64,000 bases of DNA from Longimicrobiales bacterium (GTDB taxonomy: Bacteria > Gemmatimonadota > Gemmatimonadetes > Longimicrobiales > Gaopeijiaceae), in assembly GCA_965218295.1 (NCBI GenBank), contig CBDCKN010000015.1:384001-448000 (forward strand), given 5' to 3'. Of this stretch, positions 10,696-22,046 are shown piece by piece; the first letter of the stretch is position 1; the number at the start of each line of letters is the position of its first letter. The position numbers and the translations under genes are program-made. A model generated the notes under the pieces. The model saw nothing but the letters and a program-made list of their open reading frames with translations. It did no database searches and was not told where the DNA came from.

Positions 10696-11154
10696 ATGGC
10701 AAAGTCCTATTGGCTCATGAAGAGCGAGCCCGACGTCTACTCCATCGACGACCTCAAGAACGACAAGACGACCTACTGGGAGGGCGTGCGGAACTATCAG
10801 GCTCGAAATCACATGATGGCCATGAAGAAGGGCGACGAGGTCCTCTACTACCACAGCCAGCAGACGCCGCCGGGCGTAGTGGGCGTCGCCCAGGTGATCA
10901 AGGAGGCGTATCCGGACTTCACCCAGTTCGACAAGAAGCACAAGTACTTCGATCCGAAGTCCAGCGAGGAAAAGCCGCGCTGGTGGATGGTGGATATCCG
11001 CTTCGTGAAGAAGCTGAAGTCGGAGGTCTCGCTGCATGACATCAAGGCCGTGAAGACGCTCTCCGACATGGTCCTCGTGAACAATTCCAGACTCTCGGTC
11101 CAGCCCGTCCAAAAGAAGGAGTTCGACATGATCCTGAAAATGTGTGGAGGCTGA
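10696..11154 (+). CDS. EVE domain protein (THYN1-like)
   Basis: YWLMKSEP, WEGVRNYQARN and SRLSVQPV motifs. Confidence 0.92.
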   Translation: MAKSYWLMKSEPDVYSIDDLKNDKTTYWEGVRNYQARNHMMAMKKGDEVLYYHSQQTPPGVVGVAQVIKEAYPDFTQFDKKHKYFDPKSSEEKPRWWMVDIRFVKKLKSEVSLHDIKAVKTLSDMVLVNNSRLSVQPVQKKEFDMILKMCGG

Positions 11155-11179
11155 GGACGTATTACTGCTGAGGCCACGC

Positions 11180-11340
11180 GTGGCCATGTTCCGCGCCATG
11201 ATAGCGACGGTCCAGGCCATCAACGGCGATCACATCAGCCAGCTCGCCAACCGGGGGGAGCACCACCTCGAGGTCGCCTGTATGACCTGCCATGCGGGGC
11301 GCCCGCAGCCCGCCACGCTCGAGCAGGAGGTGACCTGGGG
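11180..11340 (+). pseudogene. Fragment of a c-type cytochrome gene
   Basis: RAMIATVQAIN...EVACMTCHAGRPQP carries a CxxCH heme motif. No signal peptide or N-terminal part is present. Confidence 0.5.
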
Positions 11341-11513
11341 GCCGGGCTCTGCCCCCTCTTGGAGACGGAGCCCTCGCCCCCGGGCCCCGGTTTTCGCGCC
11401 GTCCGCTCTAGCAGTCCCGTGCGGCCCGGACACGGGCCGCTTATTGTGAGTGCGCATCCGTGGTAATCGGGGTTACTCGGCGTGAGCGTCCCCCTGGTAA
11501 GGCTGGAAGCGTT

Positions 11514-13049
<1,536 letters not shown>

Positions 13050-13160
13050 GCGCCTAGCTAGCCTGAACGGATAGGCGGCCCGTCATCTCGCGTCATTGAG
13101 GGACGGGTCGCCGGCACATCGGGGCTCCGCGGCCCTACGCGAGAAACACGGGAGGCAAGG

Positions 13161-14483
13161 ATGGAGACCATTGGAGCCGATACCCTGATGAAGAGCCAAG
13201 CCGTTATGGCGGGCCAGAACGAGTTCGTATTCCCGGCCGCCAAGCCGCTATACGACGAGCCCCTCGTTCTGGCCGAGGGCGAAGGTGTGCGGGTACGAGA
13301 CGCCGACGGTCGCGAGTACCTGGACCTGTTCAGTGGCATCCTCACCACGTCCGTGGGACACTGCAACCCCAAGGTGGTGGCCCGAGTCCAGGAGCAGATG
13401 GGCTGCCTGGGCCACACCTCCACGCTCTACGTCACCGAGCCTCACGTCGACGCCGCCCGCCGCCTGGCCGACATCGCGCCCGGCCAGCTGAGCCAGACGT
13501 TCTTCACCAACTCAGGAACCGAGGCCATCGAGACGGCCATCCACATGGCCTGCTTGCACACGGGTCGCACGGAGATCGTCGCCCTCCGGCAGGCGTACCA
13601 CGGCCGCAGCTTCCTGGCCACCAACATTACGGCGGTGAGCGCCTGGCGGCCGATGGCCACCACGTTCCCGGGCATCAAGCACACGCTGACTCCTTACCCG
13701 TACCGCTGCCCGTTCAAGCAGCCGTGCGACGAGAGCTGCACCGAGGCGTTCACCGAGGACCTCGAGGACGTCATCCGGACGACCACCAACGGACGTCCGG
13801 CCGCGTTTATCGCCGAGTCCATCATGGGTGTCGGGGGCTATATCGTGCCGCCGCCGGGATACTTCGAGCGGGCCGCCGAGATCATCCGGTCGTACGGCGG
13901 CCTCTTCATCTCGGACGAGGTCCAGTCCGGCTTCGGCCGCTCCGGCGAGCGCTGGTTCGCCATCGAACATGCGGGCGTCGAGCCCGACATCATGGTCATG
14001 GCCAAGGGCATCGCCAACGGAATGCCCGTGGGCGCCACCATCACACGGCCGGACATCGCCGCGTCGTGGAAGTCGAAAACGATCTCCACCTTCGGGGGCA
14101 ATCCGGTGTCGATGGCGGCGACCACTGCCACCCTGGAGGTCATGGTGGAGGAGGACGTGCCGCAGCGGGCCAAGGAGCGGGGTGGGCAGCTCTACGCCGG
14201 CCTCATGGAGCTCTACGCGCTCTTTCGCTGGATCGGAGATGCCAGGGGCATGGGCCTCATGCAGGCTCTGGAGCTCGTGGAGGATCCGGACACAAAGGAG
14301 CCGTCGCCGCAGAAGACGAAGGCCCTTCTGGAGGCCGCCAGGGAAGAGGGTCTCCTCATCGGGATCGGAGGCCTCCACGGCCACGTCATCCGCATTGGGC
14401 CGTCACTCCTCATCACCGAGGATGAGATGGCGGAGGGACTGGAGCGCCTGGAGCGGGCGTGTCACCGGGTCGAGGGCGCTTAG
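13161..14483 (+). CDS. Class III PLP aminotransferase (AGXT2/beta-alanine:pyruvate aminotransferase-like)
   Basis: FISDEVQSGFGRSG, MAKGIANG (PLP lysine) and STFGGNP motifs. Confidence 0.9.
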   Translation: METIGADTLMKSQAVMAGQNEFVFPAAKPLYDEPLVLAEGEGVRVRDADGREYLDLFSGILTTSVGHCNPKVVARVQEQMGCLGHTSTLYVTEPHVDAARRLADIAPGQLSQTFFTNSGTEAIETAIHMACLHTGRTEIVALRQAYHGRSFLATNITAVSAWRPMATTFPGIKHTLTPYPYRCPFKQPCDESCTEAFTEDLEDVIRTTTNGRPAAFIAESIMGVGGYIVPPPGYFERAAEIIRSYGGLFISDEVQSGFGRSGERWFAIEHAGVEPDIMVMAKGIANGMPVGATITRPDIAASWKSKTISTFGGNPVSMAATTATLEVMVEEDVPQRAKERGGQLYAGLMELYALFRWIGDARGMGLMQALELVEDPDTKEPSPQKTKALLEAAREEGLLIGIGGLHGHVIRIGPSLLITEDEMAEGLERLERACHRVEGA

Positions 14484-14646
14484 TGTCCCGTTGCCGAAGT
14501 GTCTCGGCCAGTCGAGGACACGCTGCATCCCTGGGCTCGGCGTTGGGACTCCTTACCGTAGCTTTGGCTACGCCGCGTCGTCCCGCCTTGATCCCAGGGC
14601 GCCCCCACCCTCTTGGTGGATCGCGAACTTCGGCAACGGAACACTA
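14481..14646. mobile_element. MITE with about 18-bp terminal inverted repeats and TA flanks (IS630-like ends)
   Basis: TA-GTGTCCCGTTGCCGAAGT ... ACTTCGGCAACGGAACAC-TA, one mismatch between arms. A related end occurs at 43840-43892. Confidence 0.75.
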
Positions 14647-14650
14647 GCCG

Positions 14651-16135
14651 GTGACCTCCACGGTCATCATCGGAGTCCTCGTTGTATACCTTCTCGTCCT
14701 TCTGGGCCTCGGCCTGTGGGGGAGCAGAGCCTCCGGGAGCGTGGCCGGTTACTACGTGGCCGACAAGAAGCTTCCCTCGTGGGTCATCGCCTTCAGCTCC
14801 AACTCCACCGGTGAGAGCGCCTGGCTGCTCCTGGGGCTCACCGGGATGGGGTACGCCGTAGGCTTCCACGCTCTGTGGGTCGTGGTGGGGGAGTTCCTCG
14901 GCGTTCTAATAGCGTGGAAGTACGTGGCCCGCCCCTTCAAGGAGTACACCGACCGGCACGACTCCATCACGGTTCCCGACTATCTGGAATCCAGGTTCCA
15001 CGATACAGGTCACGTCATTCGCGTGATCAGCATGATCATCATCGTGAGCATGGTCACCGCCTACACTGCGGCTCAGCTCACGGCCTCGGGGAAGGCCTTC
15101 GGGTCGTTCCTGAACACGAGCTACTCGATGGGGGTCTGGATCGGTGCCGCGGTGATCCTCTACTACACGACGGTGGGTGGCTTCAAGGCGGTGGCATACA
15201 GCGATCTTTTCCAGGGCGTGCTGATGTTCATGTGCCTGGCCGTGCTCCCGGTGGTTGGGATCGCCGCCGCAGGAGGCTGGTCGTCGATGGTCGAGGGCCT
15301 TCGGGCGCAGGACCCGAGCCTCCTGGGCCCCATGGGCGCCGCCGGATTCAGTCTCAGGGGCATCATCGATGTCGCCGGGTTCATCGCCATCGGACTCGCC
15401 TTTATGGGCTCGCCACAGCTTCTCACCCGTTTCATCGCCGCCCGGGGGCATCGCGACATCGTCCAAGGGGGCAGGATCGCCGTGTTCTGCATCCTGATCT
15501 TCGACCTCGGGGCGGTCTTCGGGGGGATGGCGGGACGCGTGCTCTTCCCGGGGCTCGCCGACCAGGAGACGATCCTTCCGGTCATGAGCAGCTCCCTCTT
15601 CCCGGCGCTCTTCACGGGGATCTTCCTGGTGGTGGTCCTGGCGGCCATCATGTCCACGGTGGACTCCCTCCTGATCCTTGCGTCCTCGGCGGTGGTGAGG
15701 GACATCGTCCAGCAGATCTTCCACCCCGACGTAAGCGAGCGGCAGCTCTCCCTCTACGGAAAGGGCGTCACCGTCGTCATCGGAACCGCGGCGTTGGCGG
15801 CGGCACTGACGGAGGCCAGGGCGATCTTCTGGCTCGTGCTCTTCGCCTGGTCGGGTCTGGCCAGCGCCTTTACACCGGTGGTTCTCTGCTCGCTCTTCTG
15901 GAAGGGGACCACCCGAGCCGGGGCTATCGCAGGGATGGTCTGTGGATTCCTGGCGGCCGTGCTCTGGGTTCTGCTGCTCAAGGGGCGGTTCTTCGATCTC
16001 TACGAGATGATCCCCGGATTCGCGGTAGGGTTCGTTGTGACCATCGGCGTCAGCCTGGCCACCTCCCCGCCGCCGGGCGCTGCGGAGGAGATGGACTCCG
16101 TTCGGGAGGTGGTGAGGGCACCGGCCTCCGCCTAG
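14651..16135 (+). CDS. putP: Sodium:solute symporter, PutP-like
   Basis: About 13 TM segments; SAWLLLGLTG, TVPDYLESRF, GGFKAVAYSD and LAAIMSTVDS motifs. True substrate uncertain. Confidence 0.8.
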   Translation: MTSTVIIGVLVVYLLVLLGLGLWGSRASGSVAGYYVADKKLPSWVIAFSSNSTGESAWLLLGLTGMGYAVGFHALWVVVGEFLGVLIAWKYVARPFKEYTDRHDSITVPDYLESRFHDTGHVIRVISMIIIVSMVTAYTAAQLTASGKAFGSFLNTSYSMGVWIGAAVILYYTTVGGFKAVAYSDLFQGVLMFMCLAVLPVVGIAAAGGWSSMVEGLRAQDPSLLGPMGAAGFSLRGIIDVAGFIAIGLAFMGSPQLLTRFIAARGHRDIVQGGRIAVFCILIFDLGAVFGGMAGRVLFPGLADQETILPVMSSSLFPALFTGIFLVVVLAAIMSTVDSLLILASSAVVRDIVQQIFHPDVSERQLSLYGKGVTVVIGTAALAAALTEARAIFWLVLFAWSGLASAFTPVVLCSLFWKGTTRAGAIAGMVCGFLAAVLWVLLLKGRFFDLYEMIPGFAVGFVVTIGVSLATSPPPGAAEEMDSVREVVRAPASA

Positions 16136-16181
16136 GGGCCTCTCTTCGGCCTGGACCTGAGCAGGGCCGGCCGCTGAGGAC

Positions 16182-17372
16182 TCAGGCGCCCAGGACCCCG
16201 TCAGCCAACAGCTTCTCGATCTCGTCGGGTCCGTAGCCCAGCTCGGCCATGACCTCGCGAGTGTGCTCCCCGGCGCGAGGGGGCACAGTGCGGGTCTGGG
16301 GCCTTTCGTCGTCCCAACGGAGCGGGATGGCCACGTCCCGGTAGTTGGGAATCTCCGGATGATCGACCCGGGAAAGCATGCCGGACGCTTCAACCTGCGG
16401 GTCTTTGGTCACGTCAGCCATGTCCTGGATCGGAGCCGCGGGAACAGCGTGCTCCCCCAGGAGTTCCCAGAGGCCCCGGGTCGTGTGCGCTTGCGTTGCC
16501 GCGGTCAGGACGGCGGAGAGCTCGTCCCGGTTCTCCACCCTTGCCGGATTGCTGTCGTAGCGCGGATCGTCCACGAGCTCCGGGAGCTCGAGCGCCACGC
16601 ACAGCCGGCCGAACAAGGCGTCGCTTCCTGCGGCGATCATCAGCTGTCCGTCCTCGGTGGGAAACACGCCGTACGGTGCGATCATCCCGGAGCGGGACCC
16701 CATGGGCCCAGGCACCCTCCCGTCGGCCAGATAGCCCATGAGGTGATAGGAGACCCAACCGAGAGCGGTATCGAGAAGAGCCGTCGTCACGTGGCAGCCT
16801 TTCCCTGTCTCGGAGCGGCGCCGCAGGGCGGCCAGGACTCCCAGGGCGCCCCACATGCCGGTGCCGAAGTCCACCACCGGGCCACCCACACGGGCCGGCC
16901 CGGTCTCCGCGTGGCCCGTAATCGACATGATGCCGCCGTACGCCTGCATGAGGGGGTCGTACCCGGGCAGGTCCTTGAGCGGCCCGGAAGGTCCGTACGC
17001 CGTCACGGATACATAGATGATCTCCGGACGCCTGGCCTTCACCGCTTCGTAGTCCAGGCCGAGCTCCTCGACGACGCCGGCCCGGAGCGACTGCACGAAG
17101 ACGTCGGCGCCATCGGTCAGCTTCTAGACGATCTCCCTGCCACGGTCGCTCTTCAGGTCGAGGCGGACGCTCCGCTTGTTACGGTTCGTGGAGAGGAACA
17201 GAGGGCTCTCGCCGCCCCAGAACGGGGGACCCCAGGCGCGTGCGGCGTCTCCCTTGGGCGGCTCCACCTTCACGACATCCGCGCCGAGGTCGCCGAGGAT
17301 CTGCGTGCAATAAGGCCCCGCGAGGTTCTGCGTCAGATCCACCACCCGAAGACCCCTGAGGTGATCGGTCAC
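16182..17372 (-). pseudogene. CaiB/BaiF family (class III) CoA-transferase interrupted by an in-frame TAG
   Basis: N-terminal part ([22 protein letters not shown]) and C-terminal part (PGYD, PYGVFPT) share one frame: REIV*KLTDGADVFVQS, with TAG at 17126-17124. Confidence 0.85.
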
Positions 17373-18493
17373 GCTGGGGCCCTGCGCTTGCCTCGGCGCC
17401 GTCGTATGGCCCCTTCCTCCCGCCACTTCTGCGGCGTCACCGTCCGCTCCAACTCCCTCGGGCGAAGCTCGAACCAGCGCGCCACGAGGAGGATCTCCGC
17501 CGCTTCGTGGGGCTGCAGCGCCCCGGGACCCCGCTCGACGCTCCGGTATACGTCCTCGACGGCCTTCGACACCCGGCTCCGATCCCGCTTCGACTTCGGA
17601 TACGCATAGTCACGTCGAATGCGGCCCCGGCGGATCAGATAGACACGATCGTCGCCTGCGAATCCCGGCACTCTGTAGAGAAACGTCAGGCTCTCGACAC
17701 GACCCCTGAACGCGGCGAGCTGATCCTGGAAGGCCTGTAGCCTTTCGATTCGATCCCTGAGGACGCCCGCGTACTCGAAATCGAGACGACCCACCGCCGC
17801 CTCCATGCGACGCTCGAGGCCGACGAGGGGCTCGCGGGTCCGACCTTCGAGGAACCGGCGAGCCACGGCGACTTGTCTCTGATAAGCGTCTCCGGTGGTC
17901 CCGCCGCAGCACGGGGCGAGGCATGTCCCCAGCTCGGCTCTCATACAGAGCGGCGTGCGCCCGCCGCTGAACATCTCGAGCTGGTCGTCGAAGCACACCG
18001 GCGTGGACCCTGGACAGTCCCTCAAACCCACGGCGTGTGCCAGCTCTCGAACGGTGCGCCCCACCTGTCCCACGGCCGGGAATGGACCGAAGTAGAGGGA
18101 TCCGTCGGCGATGACACGGGTCACGGGCAGGATACGCGGTGCGATCTCCCGCGTCAGCTTCAGGAACGCGTAGATGCGCTTGCGCTTGTGCTGGACGTTG
18201 AAGGTGGGCTGCCAGCGCTGGATGAGCTTCATCTCCCGCACTAGGGCAGAGAACTCGTTCGGAATGTACTCCCAGCGGATGCAACCGGTCTCACGGATCA
18301 GATTGGCGGCCTTGTCACCCGGCGGCGCCCGGAAATAGGAGAGCAGGCGCGTCCTCACCCGCACCGACTTTCCCACGTACAGAGGATGCCCATCGACGCC
18401 GAGCAGCTGATAGATGCCCGGTCGGTTCTCGGCGTGGGTACGTACGTGCTCTCGGAGGGCAGAGGTTGGCACGCTCTCTGGTGTTGGAGTCAC
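17369..18493 (-). CDS. GIY-YIG nuclease with UvrB/UvrC (UVR) motif, Cho/UvrC N-terminal-like
   Basis: PGIY...[14 protein letters not shown], a Cys cluster ([14 protein letters not shown]) and [13 protein letters not shown]. No UvrC C-terminal RNase H/HhH region. Confidence 0.85.
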   Translation of the reverse strand: MTPTPESVPTSALREHVRTHAENRPGIYQLLGVDGHPLYVGKSVRVRTRLLSYFRAPPGDKAANLIRETGCIRWEYIPNEFSALVREMKLIQRWQPTFNVQHKRKRIYAFLKLTREIAPRILPVTRVIADGSLYFGPFPAVGQVGRTVRELAHAVGLRDCPGSTPVCFDDQLEMFSGGRTPLCMRAELGTCLAPCCGGTTGDAYQRQVAVARRFLEGRTREPLVGLERRMEAAVGRLDFEYAGVLRDRIERLQAFQDQLAAFRGRVESLTFLYRVPGFAGDDRVYLIRRGRIRRDYAYPKSKRDRSRVSKAVEDVYRSVERGPGALQPHEAAEILLVARWFELRPRELERTVTPQKWREEGAIRRRRGKRRAPA

Positions 18494-18581
18494 GGCACTT
18501 TCGCTTTTCCTTCGGTAAGTATAAGGGCCCCCGACCCAAAGAGCCATTGCTCCCGATGGCGCCGCACTGCTAACGTCCGCC

Positions 18582-19871
18582 ATGCCTTCCGAGAGCCGGG
18601 ATCGGGTCATTCGGGACCCGCTGTGGAATACGATTCGACTCGATGCGACGGCTGTGCGCATCGTGGATACTCAGGCTTTCCAGAGGCTTCGCTACATCCG
18701 GCAGCTCGGCTTTGCCCACCTGGTTTACCCCGGGGCGACGCACACCCGATTCGATCACGCCATGGGCGTGTATCATCTGGCCGTTACGGCCATCCGGCGT
18801 CTGAAGGAAGGGCGTCGACTCCCCGAGGGCATCTGGGAGGATGCGTACCTTGTGCCGTATGCCGCCCTTCTCCACGACATCGGGCACTACGCGTTCTCCC
18901 ACGCCCTGGAGGAGCTGGAGTCGGATCTCCTCCCGGGGGATCACGAGGTGATCAGCGCTCGCTTCTTCGATTCCCCGGAGCTGAACGATGCTTTGGCGAC
19001 CATCGGACCCGACGCCGGGCCGAAGATCCATGCCCTGATCCGCGCACGCAGCGACAATCCCCTTGGAGGCCTGGTGGCGGGTAGCCTAGACCTGGACAAG
19101 ATGGAGTACCTACGACGGGACGCCCGCTTCTGCGGGGTGCCATACGGTGAGGTGGACGTGGACCGGCTGCTCCAGGGGATCGTCGTCCTCGCCGATCCCG
19201 AGACTGGGCGGGCGGAGGTAGGGGTCCACGAGAAGGCGGTGGCGGCCCTCGAGTCGCTCCTCTTCGCCAAGTATCAGATGTTCAGAAACGTGTATTGGCA
19301 TCACGGCGTGCGCGCTGCCACGGCTCTCTACAAGAGGATCGTGGACGACGCCGTGCGGGATGGGATCCTCGACGCGGAGGAGCTTGTCGGCGCTACCGAC
19401 GAGGAGCTGATCTACGAGACGACCCGCCGCGCTCAGGAGGCCGACAGTCCCGTCGCCGAGAGGCTTTCAACACGGTGGCTCCCCGCCCTCAGGACCCGCA
19501 AGCTTCCCAAGCGGGCATTGGAGGTCACGGCCGCCGAGCTGGGCGATCGGGTCGTGGAGGACTGGGTGGTCTCCGAGACGCCCATGAAGAGGGCGGTGGA
19601 GGATCAGTTGGCCGAGGAGGTGGGCCTCGAGCCCGGCGAGGTGGTCATCGACTTTCCCGCCAAGCGTGCCATGTTCCAGCTGGATCTGCTCATCGAGAGG
19701 CGGACCGGGCAGGTCCAGCGCCTGGGTCTGGGTGGCCTCCCGGGACTCATCGATCTGCCTCGCTTGGCTCAAGAGCTCTACACGACTTCACGGGTCCTCC
19801 GGGTGTTCACCTTCGAGCGCCGCTCACTGGACCGTGATCAGGTTCTGGAGCAAATCACCCGCCGGGGCTAA
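18582..19871 (+). CDS. HD-superfamily phosphohydrolase (SAMHD1/dNTPase-like)
   Basis: FQRLRYIRQLG, HTRFDH, ALLHDIGH, DLDKMEYLRRD and VYWHH motifs. Confidence 0.9.
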   Translation: MPSESRDRVIRDPLWNTIRLDATAVRIVDTQAFQRLRYIRQLGFAHLVYPGATHTRFDHAMGVYHLAVTAIRRLKEGRRLPEGIWEDAYLVPYAALLHDIGHYAFSHALEELESDLLPGDHEVISARFFDSPELNDALATIGPDAGPKIHALIRARSDNPLGGLVAGSLDLDKMEYLRRDARFCGVPYGEVDVDRLLQGIVVLADPETGRAEVGVHEKAVAALESLLFAKYQMFRNVYWHHGVRAATALYKRIVDDAVRDGILDAEELVGATDEELIYETTRRAQEADSPVAERLSTRWLPALRTRKLPKRALEVTAAELGDRVVEDWVVSETPMKRAVEDQLAEEVGLEPGEVVIDFPAKRAMFQLDLLIERRTGQVQRLGLGGLPGLIDLPRLAQELYTTSRVLRVFTFERRSLDRDQVLEQITRRG

Positions 19872-19902
19872 CGCTCGTGTGGACTCAGGACACCGGCTCT
19901 AC

Positions 19903-20649
19903 TCAGCTCGCTTCTTCGAGTGCCAAGAAGCCAAGCGTAACGTTGTCCGGGGCGCCTCGGGCGTGGGCCTCGGTGATCAGGCTGGCGGTAGCATCCTCGA
20001 GACCGTCGGACGTGAGGCCTTGTAATGCGTCCTCGAGCTCGCTGTCCATCATCAGCCCGGCCAGGCCGTCGGTGCAGAGCAGGAAGATGTCACCAGCCTG
20101 GGCGGATCCGTCGAAGACATCAGGCTCGACTTCATCCGAGGTACCCACGGCCCGGTTGATGAGGTGGCTGAGAGGATGCCCCCCGGCAGTCGACAGCGTG
20201 AGCGCCCCCGACTCCACGAGCTCCTGGACGACCGTGTGGTCGCGGGTGATCCGCTTCAGGCCTCCATCTCGGAGGAGGTAGGCGCGGCTGTCACCCACGT
20301 GGCCGACGACCCACAGCCCTGAGTCCACCTGCATTGCGAGGGCCGTCACGGTAGTGCCCATGCCCGCGTGCTCGGGCTCCTCTCTGGCGGCCTCCCAGAT
20401 GTTGCGGTTGGCCCGCTGGACCGCCTCAACCATTCTCTCGCCCCAGCCCGAGCCCGATCCTTCGGACGTCAGGCCTTCCTGCACGGTTCGTGCGGCTTCC
20501 GCGGACGCGATATGACCGGCGGGACGGCCGCCGATGCCGTCGGCCACGATCACGATTCCGTTGGTCTCGTCCAGGAGCAGTGTGTCCTCGTTTCGGTCTC
20601 GCTTGAGTCCGGGGTCCGACGTGCCCGCCACGCGCCAGGTGAGTGCCAA
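19903..20649 (-). CDS. PP2C-family Ser/Thr protein phosphatase
   Basis: RNED, VADGIGG, GMGTT, HVGDSRAY, LCTDGL and DNVT motifs. Confidence 0.93.
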   Translation of the reverse strand: MALTWRVAGTSDPGLKRDRNEDTLLLDETNGIVIVADGIGGRPAGHIASAEAARTVQEGLTSEGSGSGWGERMVEAVQRANRNIWEAAREEPEHAGMGTTVTALAMQVDSGLWVVGHVGDSRAYLLRDGGLKRITRDHTVVQELVESGALTLSTAGGHPLSHLINRAVGTSDEVEPDVFDGSAQAGDIFLLCTDGLAGLMMDSELEDALQGLTSDGLEDATASLITEAHARGAPDNVTLGFLALEEAS

Positions 20650-20928
20650 GGATGCTCCAGGGTCAGAGATGCTTGAGCAGGAAGCTTAACCGCGGGAGGA
20701 GGATGCGCAACGCCGATAGAGACAGTGTCCGCGAGTTCGAGCGAGGCGCGACGGAGGGAACCGGAGGGGGCTACGGGGTTAGCATGTGGTGGTTACCGAC
20801 TTGCCCGATCTTCCGCGATTTGAGGGCAGAGGCCGAGGCGATCGAGATCATGTTGCGGGTGTCCGGACGCGTTCCTAAGAGTGGGAACCCTTTTCGTGGC
20901 TCGGTGCCTAAGTAGCTCTCGAAACATC

Positions 20929-20957
20929 TAGACAATAATGAGGTAAGTTGCTACCTT
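20929..20957 (+). promoter_or_regulatory. Sigma-70-type promoter for the second sigma gene
   Basis: TAGACA-N17-TACCTT. An AGGTA-N6-TACCT inverted repeat overlaps the -10 box. Confidence 0.55.
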
Positions 20958-21053
20958 AACGGCTGCCTATCTGCCTATCCTACGGATTCGACACCGTTCG
21001 AGGAAGGTCGGCTCACCATAGAAAACCTGAGTGGTTAGGAGAATAGATTTTCG

Positions 21054-21953
21054 ATGGCTACGGTTACTACGCGCAGGAAGCGGAAGGGGCGGCGCAACCC
21101 CCTGGCCGGCTTCGACGCGAGCATCGAAGAAAAGACCGCCCTCGATCAGTATCTGAGGGATGTGAGTCGGCATGAGCTCATCACTCCCGACAAGGAGAAG
21201 GAGCTCGGTGCCCTCGCTCAGAATGGTGACCAGAACGCGATTCAGGAGCTCGCCCGGGCCAATCTTCGATTCGTCATCAGCGTGGCCAAGAAGTACCAGA
21301 ACCGGGGTGTGGCGCTCACGGACCTGATCCAAGAGGGAAATGTCGGATTGGTCACTGCCGCCCGGAAGTTCGATCCCGAGCAGGGCGTGAAGTTCATCAG
21401 CTACGCGGTTTGGTGGATTCGCCAGGCGATCCTGGCCTCTCTGGCCAATCACGGGCGTGCGGTGCGTGTGCCTCTCAACCGGGCGTCCGACCTGGCGCGC
21501 ATCTTCCGTGAGAAGGAGCGCCTCAAGCAGGAGCTGAATCGTGAGCCCACGTCCGAGGAGTTGAGTTCGGCGACGGACCTCACGCCGGAGCTGATCGAGT
21601 CTCTCCAGACTCTCAACGCGGCGGAGATTCGGCTCGATGCCCCCATCGGCGACAGCGAGGATTCTCAGCTCGTCGAGCGGTTCATCACTGAAGAGGCGGC
21701 CGAGCCAGAGCAGGAGGTCGAGAGCCGGCTCTTGACCCAGACCGTCGGCGACGCATTGAGCACGCTCGAGGCGCGGGACGCCAAGGTCCTTCGACTTTAC
21801 TTCGGGCTGGAGGGCGAGCGCGAGCACACGCTCGAGGAGATCGGCAACCTGTTGGGAGTGACGCGCGAGCGGATTCGGCAGCTGCGTGACCGGGCCCTGC
21901 GGAGGCTTCGCGAGGGCGGTAAGGGAGACGCACTGGAGTCGTTCGCGGCGTGA
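21054..21953 (+). CDS. RNA polymerase sigma-70 family factor (RpoD/SigA-like, no region 1.1)
   Basis: ANLRFVISVAKKYQ, DLIQEGNVGL, KFISYAVWWIRQ and TLEEIGNLLGVTRERIRQ motifs; AGGAG RBS. Confidence 0.94.
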   Translation: MATVTTRRKRKGRRNPLAGFDASIEEKTALDQYLRDVSRHELITPDKEKELGALAQNGDQNAIQELARANLRFVISVAKKYQNRGVALTDLIQEGNVGLVTAARKFDPEQGVKFISYAVWWIRQAILASLANHGRAVRVPLNRASDLARIFREKERLKQELNREPTSEELSSATDLTPELIESLQTLNAAEIRLDAPIGDSEDSQLVERFITEEAAEPEQEVESRLLTQTVGDALSTLEARDAKVLRLYFGLEGEREHTLEEIGNLLGVTRERIRQLRDRALRRLREGGKGDALESFAA

Positions 21954-21968
21954 CCCACGGGCAGGGAA

Positions 21969-22020
21969 GCCCCGCCTTCCCCGGGATCCTACGGTCTCGG
22001 TGGGGGGCGGGGTTTTTTTT
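21969..22020 (+). terminator. Intrinsic terminator
   Basis: GCCCCGCCTTCC...GGGGGGCGGGG stem followed by T8. Confidence 0.8.
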
Positions 22021-22046
22021 CGTGTGCTGCCTATCCCACTGAGCAC

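Noticed and set aside
6630..11223. Long minus-strand ORFs (514 aa, 738 aa) opposite maeB and pckA, and similar ones elsewhere such as 56134-58851
   Set aside because: These are antisense shadow ORFs typical of high-GC coding DNA. They have no motifs, and the opposite strand carries clear genes.
17124..17126. Genome-wide TAG reassignment
   Set aside because: polA, maeB, pckA, rsgA, trpE and nadC all end at TAG at their expected C-termini.
20643..20915. 90-aa ORF between the PP2C and sigma genes
   Set aside because: No motifs, and it overlaps the divergent promoter region; probably non-coding.
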